Source of the DNA: Octopus vulgaris
Taxonomy: Eukaryota
Length of the DNA: 64,000 nucleotides
Assembly (NCBI GenBank): GCA_951406725.2
Contig: OX597822.1
Span: forward strand, 36,890,001-36,954,000
Direction of reading: 5' to 3'
In this document: positions 24,610-38,269 of the stretch, one piece after another
Layout of the letters: each line of letters begins with the position of its first letter
How positions within the stretch are numbered: the first letter of the stretch is position 1
Made by a program: the position numbers and the translations under genes
The notes under the pieces: generated by a model
Seen by the model: only the letters and a program-made list of their open reading frames with translations
The model's database searches: none
Told to the model about the DNA's origin: nothing

Positions 24610-25260
24610 GCTGCGAAGAGATAAGATCGGGTGAGTTGGTGTTCCGGAGAGGAAATGAAATCCCAGAGCTGACTTCCAGTGTCAGCAGGAGAGAACTGTT
24701 CTCGGTGTGTGGGAAGTTGGTCGGTCACAGTTACACTAAGAGACGAGAGGAGGGGGAGAGTTGGGGCAACAAGGTGGGAGAAGGGACGGTGGCGATGATG
24801 CAGGAAATCCTAGAGAGGACGAGAGTGGAAGACCCGGTCAGGGGTAACTGGCATGTGCCCAAGACGGAATGCGGGACCGTCTGGTGTGATGCTAGCAGTA
24901 TAGCAATAGGGGTTGTGTTGGAGATCGAAGGTGCTGCGGTGGAGGACGCGGCCTGGCTTCGGAAAGCAGATGACTTTAACCACATCAATGTCACCCAATT
25001 AGACGCGGTGCTGAAAGGGGTGAACTTGGCCCTGAAATGGGGGCTGCGCTCAATCGAAATCGGGACGGACTCGGCCACTGTACTTGGCTGGATAGGATCG
25101 GTGATCACCGATGAGAAGAGAGTTTAGACGAAAGGTGCCACGGAGATGTTGGTGAAGCGCCGTCTGGGAGTTCGAGGAGAATTGATTGCCGAGTTTGGAC
25201 TGAAGCTGAATGTGGTTTTCGTGCCTTTGGAGAGAAACAGGGCAGACGCTATATTAAGCC
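24610..25260 (+). mobile_element. LTR retrotransposon (Ty3/gypsy-like) RT-connection/RNase H fragment
   Basis: VWCDASS...HINVTQLDAVLKG...GTDSATV...NRADA (RNase H D-E-D-D with E changed to Q); internal stop; GC/CpG-rich. Confidence 0.85.
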
Positions 25261-25392
25261 ACTATATCAAGTAGGCACTTGATAGGACCCTGTTTCTTCG
25301 AGGGCTCTGTTAACCAGCGCTCTTACCTTGTTATGTGAAGGGAGTGGTTTGTACCACAGCTCCAGAGGTGGAATGTGGATTTAAATGATTGT

Positions 25393-25856
25393 TGGTTTCG
25401 ACAAAATGGTGCCCCATCCCACTATGCTTTCAATATCAGGTATTACCTGAATGAAGTTTTTCGGGATAGATGGATGGGGTGAGGATCAAAACTTCCAGCA
25501 CCTCTCGATTGGCCTCTCAGAAGTTCAGACCTTACGTCTTGCAACAACGCTCTGTGAGGTATTATCAAGGAGAGAGTTTCACGAGCGATACCAGAATACC
25601 CAACAGTTAAAGGACACTGTTTCGACAGCCTTTGCAACTATCACCAAAGCACAGCTTCATAAAATATCACACAGGGCATGACGCTGCATCATTTTGTGCT
25701 ATGAAAATGACGATGTTCATACAGACTTTCTCGATGTGTGACATTGTCAATGAAAGTGAATATACTAAAACCAGTAAATGTGTTTGATATTATATTGTTC
25801 CTCTATTGTTCTTATTACTTTTCGGTAGCGGGTGACAAGACTTTATGACCACTCTA
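25393..25856 (+). mobile_element. Tc1/mariner remnant (rosa/DD41D-like) with one TA-flanked end
   Basis: WFRQNGAPSH...RWMG*...WPLRSSDLTSCNNAL*GIIKERV; end gactttatgaccactcta|ta. Confidence 0.8.
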
Positions 25857-26454
25857 TAAGTGTTGACACACATCACAATTCTTTTTCCCGAAATTTCTAG
25901 TTTCATTTTGAAAGTATATGCGTGACGTGTGTTAGTATGCATGCTTGTGTGCCCACCAATTTTTTTTTTTTTTTCACATTAAATTCTGATAATCTACATA
26001 ATCTACATACTCTAAGAGGTAATTGTAAAAATATTCGTTAAAAAATATTAATTTTTCTGAAAGTTATGAGGAAACAAAGTCGGGGGAGAGGAGCACATGT
26101 AGGTATGCCGACTTTTGCCTTTCACCTTTTTAGGATCGATAAAACCAATTGAACACGATGTAGTCGACTCATCCCCTCCCCCAAAATTGCTGTCCTTGTG
26201 ACAAAATTTAAAACCATTACTAATGAAATACAAACAAAATATAATATGATTAATTACATTGTGGTAGAGTCAGTGTAACTATTACAAATAAATAAGCACT
26301 GTTTTATTCAAGAATAATTTATTTATTAACATTGAATAGTTAATTGGCAGAATAGTTAGAGTATTGAAAGGAAAAAAAAATGTCTCTGTCAGCTCAACAA
26401 AGATACAGCATTTTTTGAATGTAAGTCTGCTCTCAGAATTAAACTGGAGATTCA

Positions 26455-27543
26455 CTAGCTGCTAGAACAAGAATAGCCTGGGCAAAGTTCAGAGAGCTGT
26501 TACTTCTGCTGGTGACAAAGGGCCTCTCACTTAGAGTAAAAGGTAGACTGTATGACGCATGTTTACGAACAGCCATGCTACATAGTAGTGAAACATGGGC
26601 CGTGACAGCTGAGGACATGCGTAAGCTTGCAAGGAATGAATCCAGTATGATCCAATGGATGTGTAATGTTAGTGTGCATACTCGACAGAGTATAACCTTG
26701 AGAGAAAAGTTGGACCTAAGAAGCATCAGATGTGGTGTGTAAGAGAGACGACTGCACTGGTATGGCCATGTGACAAGAATGGATGAGGATAGCTGTGTGA
26801 AAAAGTGCCACACCCTAGCGGTTGAGGGAACCTGTGGAAGAGGTAGACCCAGGAAGACCTGGGATGAAGTGGTGAAGCATGACCTTTGAACATTGGGCCT
26901 CACCAAGGCAATGACAAGTGACCAGGACCTTTGAAAATATGATGTGCTTGAGAAGACTCAGCAAGCTAAGTGAGACCATAACCTTGTGGCCTATGCCAGG
27001 GGTGTAACCAGCCCACTTAAGCATACCTTTCCTTCATTGGACACTAAACTCTGCTTGCGAAGACCTGTTAAGGCAAGTGAAATCAAAATCAAATTCAATG
27101 TCTGGCATCTGTGCTAGTGGAGCACTAAGAGCACCATCCGAACGTGATTGTTGCCAGAGCAACAAATTGGCTTCCGTGCCGGTGGCACGTAAAAGGGACC
27201 ATTCAAGCGAGATTGTTACCTGTGTCGCCTTACTGGCACATGAAAAAACACACAAGTGAGGCCATTGCCAGTGCCGCTAGACTGGCTCCTGTGCAGGTAG
27301 CACATAAAAAGCCCCATTTAAGCATGGCTGCCGCCAGTACCGCCTGACTGGCCCTTGTGCCACAGGTACATCAAAGTACCCACTATACTCTCGGAGTGGT
27401 TGGCTTTAGAAAGGGCATCCAGCTGTAGAAACTCTGCCAGATCAGATTGGAGCCTGGTGCAGCCATCTGGTTCGCCAGTCCTCAGTCAAATCGACCAACC
27501 CATGCTAGCATGGAAAACAGATGCTACACCATGATGATGATGA
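26455..27543 (+). mobile_element. 5'-truncated RTE LINE: ORF C-terminus, tandem-repeat 3' UTR and (GAT)n tail
   Basis: AWAKFRELL...KGRLYDACLRTAMLHSSETW...RLHWYGHVTRM...GRGRPRKTW...EKTQQAK*; several stop codons. Confidence 0.93.
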
Positions 27544-28146
27544 CTTCCATAGTCTAAACCCAGCTGTTTGAAAATCTATTATTTAGCTACCCACGAATTT
27601 GCTTGTTTCGTTTGACAATGAATCTGGGGTCTTAGTTACAAGTTTTTTCTCAATGATGTAGCTGCCTCTAGATCACTTAGGGGTGAACTGCAGTCTGCAG
27701 CACTTTCTAAATAACATTACCATGAATTTTCTTCACTGATGAAGAGCCATGTCTCATGTGTCCTGATTCTCAAAAAAGGGTTGCTCAATCTGGTAGAAAT
27801 AACAGCCACTCTTCTCTCAAATCTCATCTTACCATAAGGGCCTCTGAAATAAATTTTGCAAGGCAGATCAAGTTTTTCAGACACTGGTGTGTGGAGGTGG
27901 AAGTGGAGAGAGAGAGATTCCTTTCAAAATTCAAAAATTGTAAGGAAGTTGTGAAGTTACTTTTTTTTCTTTGAATGTGTCTTGTCAGAGAGTCTATAGA
28001 GTTTTCAGCTGACTTTCTCTCCTTTTATAAACCCTGCATACTGTCTCAAAAGGATACAAGGGAACATATTGTCATCTTTGCTATAAAGAACTACTGGTCA
28101 AAGTTAAAACATTTTTCATGATAGGTCTTATAGTTATATGTTAGTT

Positions 28147-28361
28147 TAACCATTTTACATACAGATTTTTCTGTCTAATGTAATGCTTATTTATTCACAT
28201 TGTTTTGAATTAATCATACATTATCTCATACCTTTGAGATTTTGATGATGTAATTATTCTTAGAATAACATTGTAGGATACGTGCAAGAAGCTGGATCTG
28301 ACCAGTTCGAATATAAAACAGGTAAGAATATTTGAGCCAGTGTACAACACTAGAGGATTAA
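28147..28361 (+). mobile_element. Decayed piggyBac-like MITE (family of the 42212 element)
   Basis: ttaa ends and shared internal sequence atgcttatttattcacattgttttgaa. Confidence 0.65.
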
Positions 28362-28512
28362 AATGTTCAATGATTAATAAGATAAAGAATTATCTTTAGC
28401 AATGTTTATTAATAGCACTAAACATTTTAAATTTGTATAATGCACAATTTATGTTCATGCTGCATGGGTGAATCAAGAAATATGAAATTGTCAAAGGACA
28501 ACTATTTACTAT

Positions 28513-28893
28513 TTTACTTGTTTCAGTCACTTGACTGTGGCCATGCTGGAGCACCGCCTTTAGTCGAGCGAATCAACCCCAGGACTTATTCTTTGTAAGC
28601 CTAGTACTTATTCTATCGTTCACTTTTGCCGAACTGCTAAGTTATGGTGATGTAAACACACCAGCATCGGTTGTCAAGCGATGTTGGGGGGACAAACACA
28701 GACACACAAACATATATATATACATATATACGACGGGCTTCTTTCAGTTTCCGTCTACCAAATCCACTCACAAGGCTTTGGTCGACCCGAGGCTATAGTA
28801 GAAGACACTTGCCCAAGGTGCCACGCGGTGGGACTGTGTCCGGAACCATGTGGTTCGTAAAGAAGCTACTTACCACATAGCCACTCCTACGCC
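28513..28893 (-). mobile_element. Full-length, young CORE-like tRNA SINE
   Basis: Head ggcgtaggagtggctatgtgg, ccttgggcaagtgtcttctac core, CpG retained, tail gaaacaagtaaaa. Confidence 0.88.
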
Positions 28894-30117
28894 TATAGAG
28901 CAGAAATATATAAATTTAGGACATAGTCACTGATTTTGACAGAATAATCTAGGAAAGTTGTGGGTATAAAAACACATATCTGGTTGCAATAAGAAAATTT
29001 CCTATAGAGAGCTAAACTCTAGGGTTTTTACAAGCCCACCAAAAAGTTCTCAAATATTCTATAAAGCCTTTAAGCATGAAAATGCAACTTTTCTTTCTTG
29101 TCTCTCACTGCCTGATGTCAAGGATGATTGGCTAGAAAAAATGTCAGTAAACATTATAATAGAATTCAGAGATATAGTCAAAATAACTTGGGTCAATATT
29201 ACCAAATACAGTAGCATTAATTGCCAGAGGTTCTGACTTTCAAACTTAACATTCCAGGTTCAAATTCGAGGAAGGACACTGGCTGTGGTCTGCTTGACCA
29301 GAGATGACTTGGGGCTAAACAATACACTGACACTTTCCTCAATCTTTTCCTCCAAAATCACAGCTGTTGAGAACTCCACCTGTATTTCCACATCTAACTC
29401 TGCATCATTTTAGATTTAATCTACTATAATTCTATCTTCTAAAATTTGTGGCCTGCTGCTTTGCCAGAAATCACTATTAACAATCATACAATAAGAATAA
29501 GGGGAAAATACTTTCTGGAAGCATCTTGCTAACTAAATATACACATGATATTTATTCTGACTATATTTTCCTGAAAAGAGCAAATAATATTGAAACATGT
29601 CCATTGCTTTTTAAAAACAAGATCCATTTCACCTGTCTTGTCTTTATTTTGATACCATTCAATTTTAAGATGGTTTTATCTCCTAACTGCATAGATAATC
29701 TCAGTTAATCAAAATTTTCTAGTTTAGTATATTACATATATAAGATCCTACCTAATGTATATTTAGTATGCAGAACACTATTTCATTTTTGTATTTGATT
29801 TGCAAGATTCTTGATGTAAATTTTGTGTTCTTTCTTTGTCATCCATGAATTAAAAAAAAAAAAATTATCGTATTTGGGTTGTGATGGGGTGTTATTAATC
29901 TGTTCATAATCTCTGTTGAAGGAGTGAACAACTGGATTTGGCTTCTGTTTCAGTATCTTGTGTAAGTGTTGGAAAGTGCAGGTACCATGAATTAGCTAAT
30001 GAGTTAATTGATAATAAAATGGAAGTGAACTACAGAATGATGGCTCCAGAGTACAAGGCAATAAATATAAAAATGAAAAAGAGACACAAAACAAGAAATT
30101 GTTAAAAATTAATACAG

Positions 30118-30123
30118 TTTATT
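30118..30123 (-). terminator. Candidate distal polyadenylation signal (AATAAA) of TRRAP
   Basis: AATAAA on the minus strand followed about 20-55 nt later by a U/GU-rich element (ttcttgttttgtgtctctttttcattttt). Other AATAAA hexamers at 32096, 36734, 37442 and 38070. Confidence 0.45.
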
Positions 30124-30965
30124 GATGACCAAAAAAAAAAAAAACTGTTACAGATGATGGATATGTTGATGAAATCATGGGTTTGGTTGTTCTTTACTCA
30201 CCACCATTTTACTTCTGTTATATTTTATTATATATATATATATTTTTAAAGATTTTAGAATTTGAGAGGTTGCTTAGCAACCACTTGTGTGATGGTAGCA
30301 GATCAATTCCATAGCTATATATATGTACCTCACATACGTTTATATAGCCCCACAGCAGCAGTTGATTGTGATAATTGATACATAAGAGGAAGGAGATGAA
30401 CATTATGAGGGGGCCCTCTCACCCTTACCACCACCAGTGAGAGGAAAAGGCGGGGGTACAGAAGGAGGGGGGGGGGGGCGGAATAGTTAGTGATGATGGA
30501 CAATAATTAAAAATGACTTCCACACCATCAAAGATCTTCATACCCTGAAGAATACAAGCATGACTTTATATATTTTCACAGAAGATTCTGATAGAGTTAA
30601 TGAGTTAAGTACATGTGATAGGATGAAATAAGTTTGATGCAATGACACACAGACAGACCCAGATTGAAGAGATACAACCTTGGTCTACATATTCTCATTT
30701 GAAACCAGTTTAAAATGCATCTTTATACAAGCTTTACTGAGAGTATGGCACTTACAAGACTAGTGCTATTTCTTTCAAATTTTGAAATCACTGAGAGCAG
30801 TACTCTGATGAATTTGAAGTTTGGAAGAAACACCATTAGTCTTGTGAGTGGCATTGTCAGAATACAAACATATCCTCTCTACATCTGTCATTGAGTATTT
30901 TAGCTTAAATTGTGGTTCTCGTAGTTTTTTTAATGAGCATTATACTTAAATAAACACACACACAA

Positions 30966-31004
<39 letters not shown>

Positions 31005-31796
31005 TGAAAAAAAATCATATTTGTGTACAAATATGTACAAGAGGCAGAGTACATTCAATTTCAATGAACCCTCCCACTCACACACACTGAATAATAACCA
31101 ATACTAGTTCTATTAGTCTGCAAATCGATAGCACTGACCATAATTGCACAAAACCTTTAGATCTGGATATGTAAACCAGTTTAACTTACATACACACACA
31201 CACACATTTACACCTTCAAATGTAATACTGATGATAGTTGTAATCCATACCTACATTTCACATACAACTCACCTGACACAGATTACATTGAAAGTGAGAC
31301 ATCTCAGGTCAGGCGAATTGTGAGAAATCAAGGGTATAAACTAAGACCCCTAGTATTACATACATGAAAACTATACTTTTAGCACAATGAAGGCTTTATA
31401 AAATTGTTAGGTTAGCTGAAAATAGCAGCCAAATCTCCTGCAAATTACACGCACACACACACAAGGGTTACAATAATCATGGCTGCAATGCTTTTGATTT
31501 GATTTTGAACAAAAGTCCCTCTGATCAGAATTGACCTTGAGCTAAACAGCCAATTAGCTTCTACTGCATATGTTGTACTGGAGAAAGAGAGAGTGGTGTA
31601 GTAATGAATGATATGAGAGAAAGAAAGATATCTGGGAATGTAAGACGTGAACAACCTCAATCAACTGATTGAAAAATATTGTCCCACTAAAATTTCTCCA
31701 CATATTTCCTTGGTAAAACAACATTTATCACCTTATTGTGCTTAACATACACAGACGTGTGTGATTGTGTGTTAAAGTTTGTTTTTATGTCAAGGT

Positions 31797-32012
31797 AATA
31801 ATCCTTTCTACTGAAGGCACAAGGCCTGAAATTTGTGGGGAGGGAAATAGCTGATTACATCAACCCCAGTACGCAACTGGTACTTAATTTATAGACCCCG
31901 AAAAGATGAAAGGCAAAGTCAACCTCAGCGGAATTTGAACTCAGAACGTAAAGACAAACTACCACTAAGCATTTCGTCCAGCATGCTAACGATTCTGCCA
32001 GCTCACTGCCTC
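31797..32012 (-). mobile_element. SINE (monomeric form of the 2150 family)
   Basis: Head gaggcagtgagctggcagaatcgttagc, core, tail gtagaaaggattatt. Confidence 0.85.
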
Positions 32013-33084
32013 AATGTCAAGTTAATAATAATAATAAAAAAAAAAAATTAACAGTGAACTGAAAAATTACTCAGTAATTTTTAGTTGAGTACGTATTTAT
32101 TATACATTTACAAAAGCAGGTGTGACAAATGACTTCAAAGTTTCAGGCTGTCTGATGACAGTGAACAGGCCAAAACTTTGAAGTTACTGTCGACCCTCTT
32201 CTAGTAAAAGTATAATATTTGTATGTGCATATAAAAGGGGTCTTTAAGTTGATTCATGTCACTAAGCTAGACAGTAGTGTGTGAGTTGCAATGAAGGTTT
32301 CTTAAGATTACAAATTCATACCTAGAGGTGTTGTACAATCATTCACACTTTAAGGTAAATTTACCTGAAAATAACTGACAAGTCTCAGCACGAGATGTTA
32401 GTATAACACCTTTAGGTATCAATTTGTACTCTGTGTCACTACCCCTCTCTCTCTCATTATATACACACATATATACACATACACACACACTCACATGTAG
32501 ATAAATAGGATTATCAAGACTGAAATGTTCCTTCAAGGTTTCATCCCAACCAAACGTTTACAAGTTCACCAGTTACAGATTGAGAAACCAATATAGTTTC
32601 CAATGAGGAATCAAAACAATTGCAACAATTAATAAATAAATATAAATAAATAAATAAAAGACATCAAAAAAAAAAAAAGACAAACCAACTGGTTTTTTTT
32701 CTTTCTGTCAAGCCATTTCTCTATGTCAGATGTGTCCCAGATTAGTCCCAGTCTAAGGACAAATTTATCCAAACCAACATTTTCCAAAATCTGTCAATCA
32801 ACTTGATCCAGTCCAATTCTGTTCTCTAGGGCAACCAAAACTTAACCAGTTTGATCCAGTTCAAACTAGTTTGGATCTAGTTCTATTTATTCCCTTGTAT
32901 CATCAAAAACCAGTAGTTTTGTTTGACAGTTCTAAAACATTATCAACAACATAAATTGTTTGACCAGTCCAAATCAAGCCCTAATTTGATTCTTTGTAGT
33001 TGTCTTATTGAAATCAAGCCACAGTTCAAGTCACTAATAAGACCACTGGAAGAAAAGAAAACACCCACACACTTTATATTCACA

Positions 33085-33560
33085 CTATCACACTGCAGTC
33101 CCTAACAAGTTGTTCAGACTGACATAGCAGCCCCTAACACAAGTTTTTCTGACTGTGACATAGCACCCACTAACACAAGATGTCCAGACTTTGACTCAAT
33201 ACTCTCTAACATGTTCAGAATGCTACACTGCTGTCTCTAAAACAAGATGTTAAAACTGCTTCACTGCAGTCCACAGCACTATATGTTTAAACTATGATAT
33301 TGCAGTTTAAAACACACTAACACAATATGTTCAGAATACCACATTACAGCCCTTAACACAGTATGTTTGGATCACAACTGTACAGGTCCCAAATGCAACA
33401 CAGTTATAAAATTACTTGCAGCTGCTAACACATACACAGACAAAGACAGCGCAGCCCTGAACAAATGTTTAGATTGAGATACTGCAATTGTTAACATATT
33501 CTGAGACAGTCGTTTTGCAAACCCTAACAGATGTTCAAACTTTCAGACTGCATCTTCAAT
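33085..33560. repeat. Degenerate minisatellite, about 35-bp unit, about 12 copies
   Basis: Approximate consensus ACACTGCAGTCCCTAACACAAGATGTTCAGACTGTG. Confidence 0.8.
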
Positions 33561-33783
33561 ACAGTATTACAAATTTGACTGTATGCAACATGGCTTAACA
33601 CCAGGCTGAGGTGAGACATATAAAATACTACATCAACAGATTACTCCCACATTTCAATAACATAAGTCTGTTTCAATACAGGTGATTGGAACCATTTAAT
33701 AACAGCAACAGCAGAAAAGTTAAATTTCTATGGTAGAACTAGCACAAACACACACACACACACACACACATATGCGCACACAA

Positions 33784-33973
33784 GAAGGCATATGGCTTAG
33801 TAGCCAGGGTATTCGGCTCATGATTGTGAGTTTGATATCCAGTGATGCATTGTGTCCCTGAGCAAAACACTATTTCTTGCTGCTCAAATCCACTCAGCTG
33901 GAAAAAATGAGTTGAACTTGTATTTCAGAGGTCATATCAACCGGAACACTCATTGTCAAACCGACAAAGAGCC
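33784..33973 (+). mobile_element. Decayed tRNA SINE (same family as 36135-36450)
   Basis: gaaggcatatggcttagtag...tgtgtccctgagcaaaacac...cactcagctgg. Confidence 0.75.
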
Positions 33974-35002
33974 AAGATGTACGCATTTGTTTTCTGACAA
34001 AGACCACAGCACATACTTTGTTTTTCTTGCCTTTAGCATACGTATCTATTCATTGCACTCTGCATATTCATCAAAGAACATGCTTTACAAATGTAAATTG
34101 TAAAGGAGGAAGAGCATAAGGGGGAGGTATCTCCCTGCATCAGTATATACCTCATCCCTGCCACTTCAGTTCACTAAGACAAGTATTGTTTATCTAGAGG
34201 GAGTGAATGTTCTCCAGGGCACTAATATTGTGCAGCTTCTTTTACAAGGCTGTCCACTGCACATCAAGACCAACAAGCTTGCACCACAAAGGGAGACAGG
34301 GATGAGTGTGAGGGCAAACCCCTGCATTGGCTATTACCCCCACTTCCACCATACTGTATTCAGTTAATGCATAGCTTGTTTCCCTGTAAGAGGTGAGGAC
34401 AACAAACCATCAGGCTGCAGCACTAATACCCTGCAAACACTGCAGCCATCAACCAGACAGGGTGCACATGGAGAACATTTTTTACAAAGCAACAGTTATA
34501 GGTCATGTCACCTGAGAAGTTAAATCACAACCACCTCAACAGTTTTCTAAAATCAATCAGTCAAGCAGTACTGATCTCAAAATATTGACTGGAAAGGGGA
34601 GAACTACCCAGGGACACTATATGCATAAAAAAAAATCAAGTAAATAAGTGGATGTTAACATAATGTGGGGAGAACAGGGAAGAAAAACAACCATTGAAAT
34701 AATTCTGATCAAGAAAGGTCAGGGAGACAACTTTGAAATTTAAATTAATTACAAATTATGTAAGTGTGATATGTGATATTAACAACTTCCCTAATTCATT
34801 TTATCAATAGAAGAATTACCCTGATGATACCCTCATCATAAGATTAGCATCTTTACTTATTTCACAACACTTTCAACCTAGAACTCTCTCAGATGGTTTC
34901 ATTTAGCCATCATGTTAACAATTTTCACCATGCCATCATTGTAATTGGTGTAGTTGGCTTTAGACCAAGAACATTCAACTTGCCATCATTTCAGATTGAG
35001 GA

Positions 35003-35044
<42 letters not shown>

Positions 35045-36134
35045 AGGCCAGTATACCTGTTGTGCCCAGAACCAGCTGAAGGGACTTCGTCTTACCATCA
35101 CTTCGATGAGATTGTATCTCAACCAGCACCATCCTGTGTCCCACACCATTGCACACAACTGACATCTCAACCAGCTTCCTCCAGTCCTCCATTTGAGAAA
35201 TAGGAACAAGGAAAGAATATTCACTACCTCCATTCAACAATAACCACTTCTACCAGATTGTATACAGTCTTTTCCAAAGCACCATTTATTCTTTGGTTAT
35301 ATTTCTTGAATTGCCATTACCAACCTGGCTATCTGCCATGAATATCAGGGAGCAATCACTTCAAAGGTAACAAAAGGGAACTGGTGTATTACAGTCCAGA
35401 CAACTACATACTCCCATTGTCATCATGATAATCTATAACCATCATCATCAACATCATCATCCTAACCATAAGATGAACCTTGAACATAGCTCTACTCAGT
35501 CAGAGTTTTGACTTGGCACTACACAACACTAACAACAACAATAATAACATACATTATTATAACCATCCTTATCTCTGCAACAAGTCTTGTATATGTGAAC
35601 TATACTGTTGCATGCACATACTTGTATATACACACAAGCACACACATTCAAGACTGCAACCATGCTTCTCTCAGCAAGTATTATTTCCAGTGACAATTCC
35701 ACTGTAGCTAAACCAAACGGTAGATCACAGGATACAGAGATTAATTGTAGAAGGAAATTCAAGATTAGAGATCTAAGCACAGATTTTGAGAAGATGGTTA
35801 ACAGGGTTTCAAAAATAAGACTGATTGAGGATGTAGCTGGGAAAGAAAGAAAATATAGAGAAAGAGAAATATGCAGAAGTATTTAGTAAGGAATGGACTT
35901 GATGTTGAAGATATTTTGTTGAATTAGAAGACAGTTTCCATAGTGGATTATGAAGGTTGTTTAAAGAAAAAAATGATGGAAAGTAGATGGTAGAAGCTGA
36001 GGATTAACTGGAAGAAATTTAACAAAATTCAGAAAAAAATTTAATTCTGGAAAGGAAATTTTCTAAAATTGTAAACTGCCTACTGCAGAAGGTTCAGCAC
36101 TGTCTAAATCAAATAAATATTTGCATACACATGA

Positions 36135-36450
36135 GTAGCGGCACTCTGTCGGTTATGATGGTGAGGGTTCTAGTTGATCTGATCAACGGATCAGCTTGCT
36201 CGTAAAATTAGCATGCAAGTGGCTGAGCACTCCACAGACATACGTACCCTTAATGTGGTTCACTGGGAACAAAATGTGACAAGGCTGGCCCTTTTAATAT
36301 ACAGGTAAAACTCATTTTTGCCAACTGAGTGGACTGGAGCAATGTGAAATAAAGTGTCTTGCTCAAGGACACAACACGTCGCAGGGAATTGAACTCATGA
36401 CCTTATGATCATGAGCCAAATGCCCTAACCACTAAGCCACGTGCCTTCAC
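36135..36450 (-). mobile_element. tRNA SINE
   Basis: Head gtgaaggcacgtggcttagtggttaggg, B box gagttcaattcc, gtccttgagcaagacac core. Confidence 0.85.
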
Positions 36451-38269
36451 ATATGTATACATATAATGCATAATAATTCAGATATAAATACAAACATACA
36501 TACACACGATCTAACTCATGTCAGAGACATTGCTGTAATTCAGAATTTCAACAGTCACATCTTTTCAAGGGAAAAGCAGTGAGTGGTTTAGTTGCAGAGG
36601 AACTTGTGTGTGTGAGCGTGAAAAGATTTTAATCAATTGAAGAACAATAGCAAAAACCGTCAGAGACATGGTTCATTGGATTTCTTTCTCAGCAACAGTG
36701 TTTAAATAAAGAGAGCTTACAGCAGGAAATACATTTATTTCAAGATGTTTAAAATAGTCCTTCACAACTCATTTGTCAATCTCACACATAGTTTCTCTTT
36801 CTCGTTCATTTACTCATCCTTTCATCCCTCACTCTCCTAAAAATACAGCAGACATCATGTGGTCAAAACTTCACTAGATTCACACTCACACACAATTTGC
36901 TCAGACCTTAAGATAAAAGAGCACTTTGATATGTGTATTATTGGGTCACAATTGACGGTTTCACTCAATGTCACAAATGTTGTGAGTGACAAAAAAAAAA
37001 AAAAGACATCTAATAGAGTCAACCTGAAGAAACACTTCAATCTTTCTCCCAGTTATTGATTGTGGCTAAAAATCACTGGCAAACAGGAATTGAACCTACA
37101 CTGCAGACTCAGCTTAGTAGAAAAAAATTATCATTTTTCCAGTACTCGATATGCAGAAGATGATCCAACTGACCATGTCACAGAGGGATAGTGAAATAAA
37201 TAAGTAGAAAATAATAATAATAATAATACTCCAAAAGTATTATAAATATCAGAAATAAGTTAAAATTTTGGACCAAAGTCCATCTGCTGACCAGTCAATT
37301 AGTATCAGCAATGGTCTTAGTGGGCACAAAATGAAAATAATGTTTGGTTGTTTCCATCAGTCAAACTACCTGCAACATACCATGTCCTGAATATACACAT
37401 GTGTGTGTGTGAAGTGTATGTACATGTACACATAATTTTCATTTATTCCACACATTTGAACATCCAAGCTCACTTAAACTCCATTGTTTTCTTTTCATTT
37501 TATCACATTTAGAAGATAAGAGACAGATATCTGCAAGTTGCAAAATTCATTGTATATGTCTGTATAAACACACACACGTGTGTACTTACTGCACATAATG
37601 CTTGTGTATAATCAGTGTCGCACTTTCTATATACAAACACACACACACACACACACACATAAACAAAGTATTTGTGCAAAAATAGAGATGCTCATGACTG
37701 CTTTCATATATTACTATAATCTAGAATACTGTCAGATTGTAAAATAGAATAAGAAAAGGGACTGGATTGTGTTCAGAAAAAAAAAACAAACCTGAAAATC
37801 AATTTGAGGAATCTGAGAACAATGTGAGATATGATGATGATGATGATGATGATAATGACAATGTCAAAGACACTGTTGTTGGAGCCATGAGAAGAGCATA
37901 AAGAAGTGAGATTAAAAGCCACCTTCTTGCACACATGTATTCACGAATGAGAATTCAAGCAAATATTTACGAAAAAAAAAAAAATACTAATGGAATAAAT
38001 TAAAAAATGTCAAACTATCTTCTGGAATGAACAGTATCTACTCAAATATCAGATGATGGACCATCTAACTTTATTTGTTCACTCTCAAACACAACCTCTA
38101 CTGTTGATACTTCAACCATAAATTTCTTACATACCCTTCCATCCCGCAGCCTCTTCCCATGGCAAATAGTTCCTCCACCCATCCTTACCCTCTCCTTATT
38201 CATTGACATTCCAACTTTTGGTGCATTACCAAATGTTTGGCATTAGTACATATCTTAGAAAAGTTTCAA

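Noticed and set aside
24636-25127. Host RNase H gene or horizontally transferred gene
   Set aside because: Retrotransposon-type motif order, an internal stop, loss of the catalytic Glu and no proper start codon.
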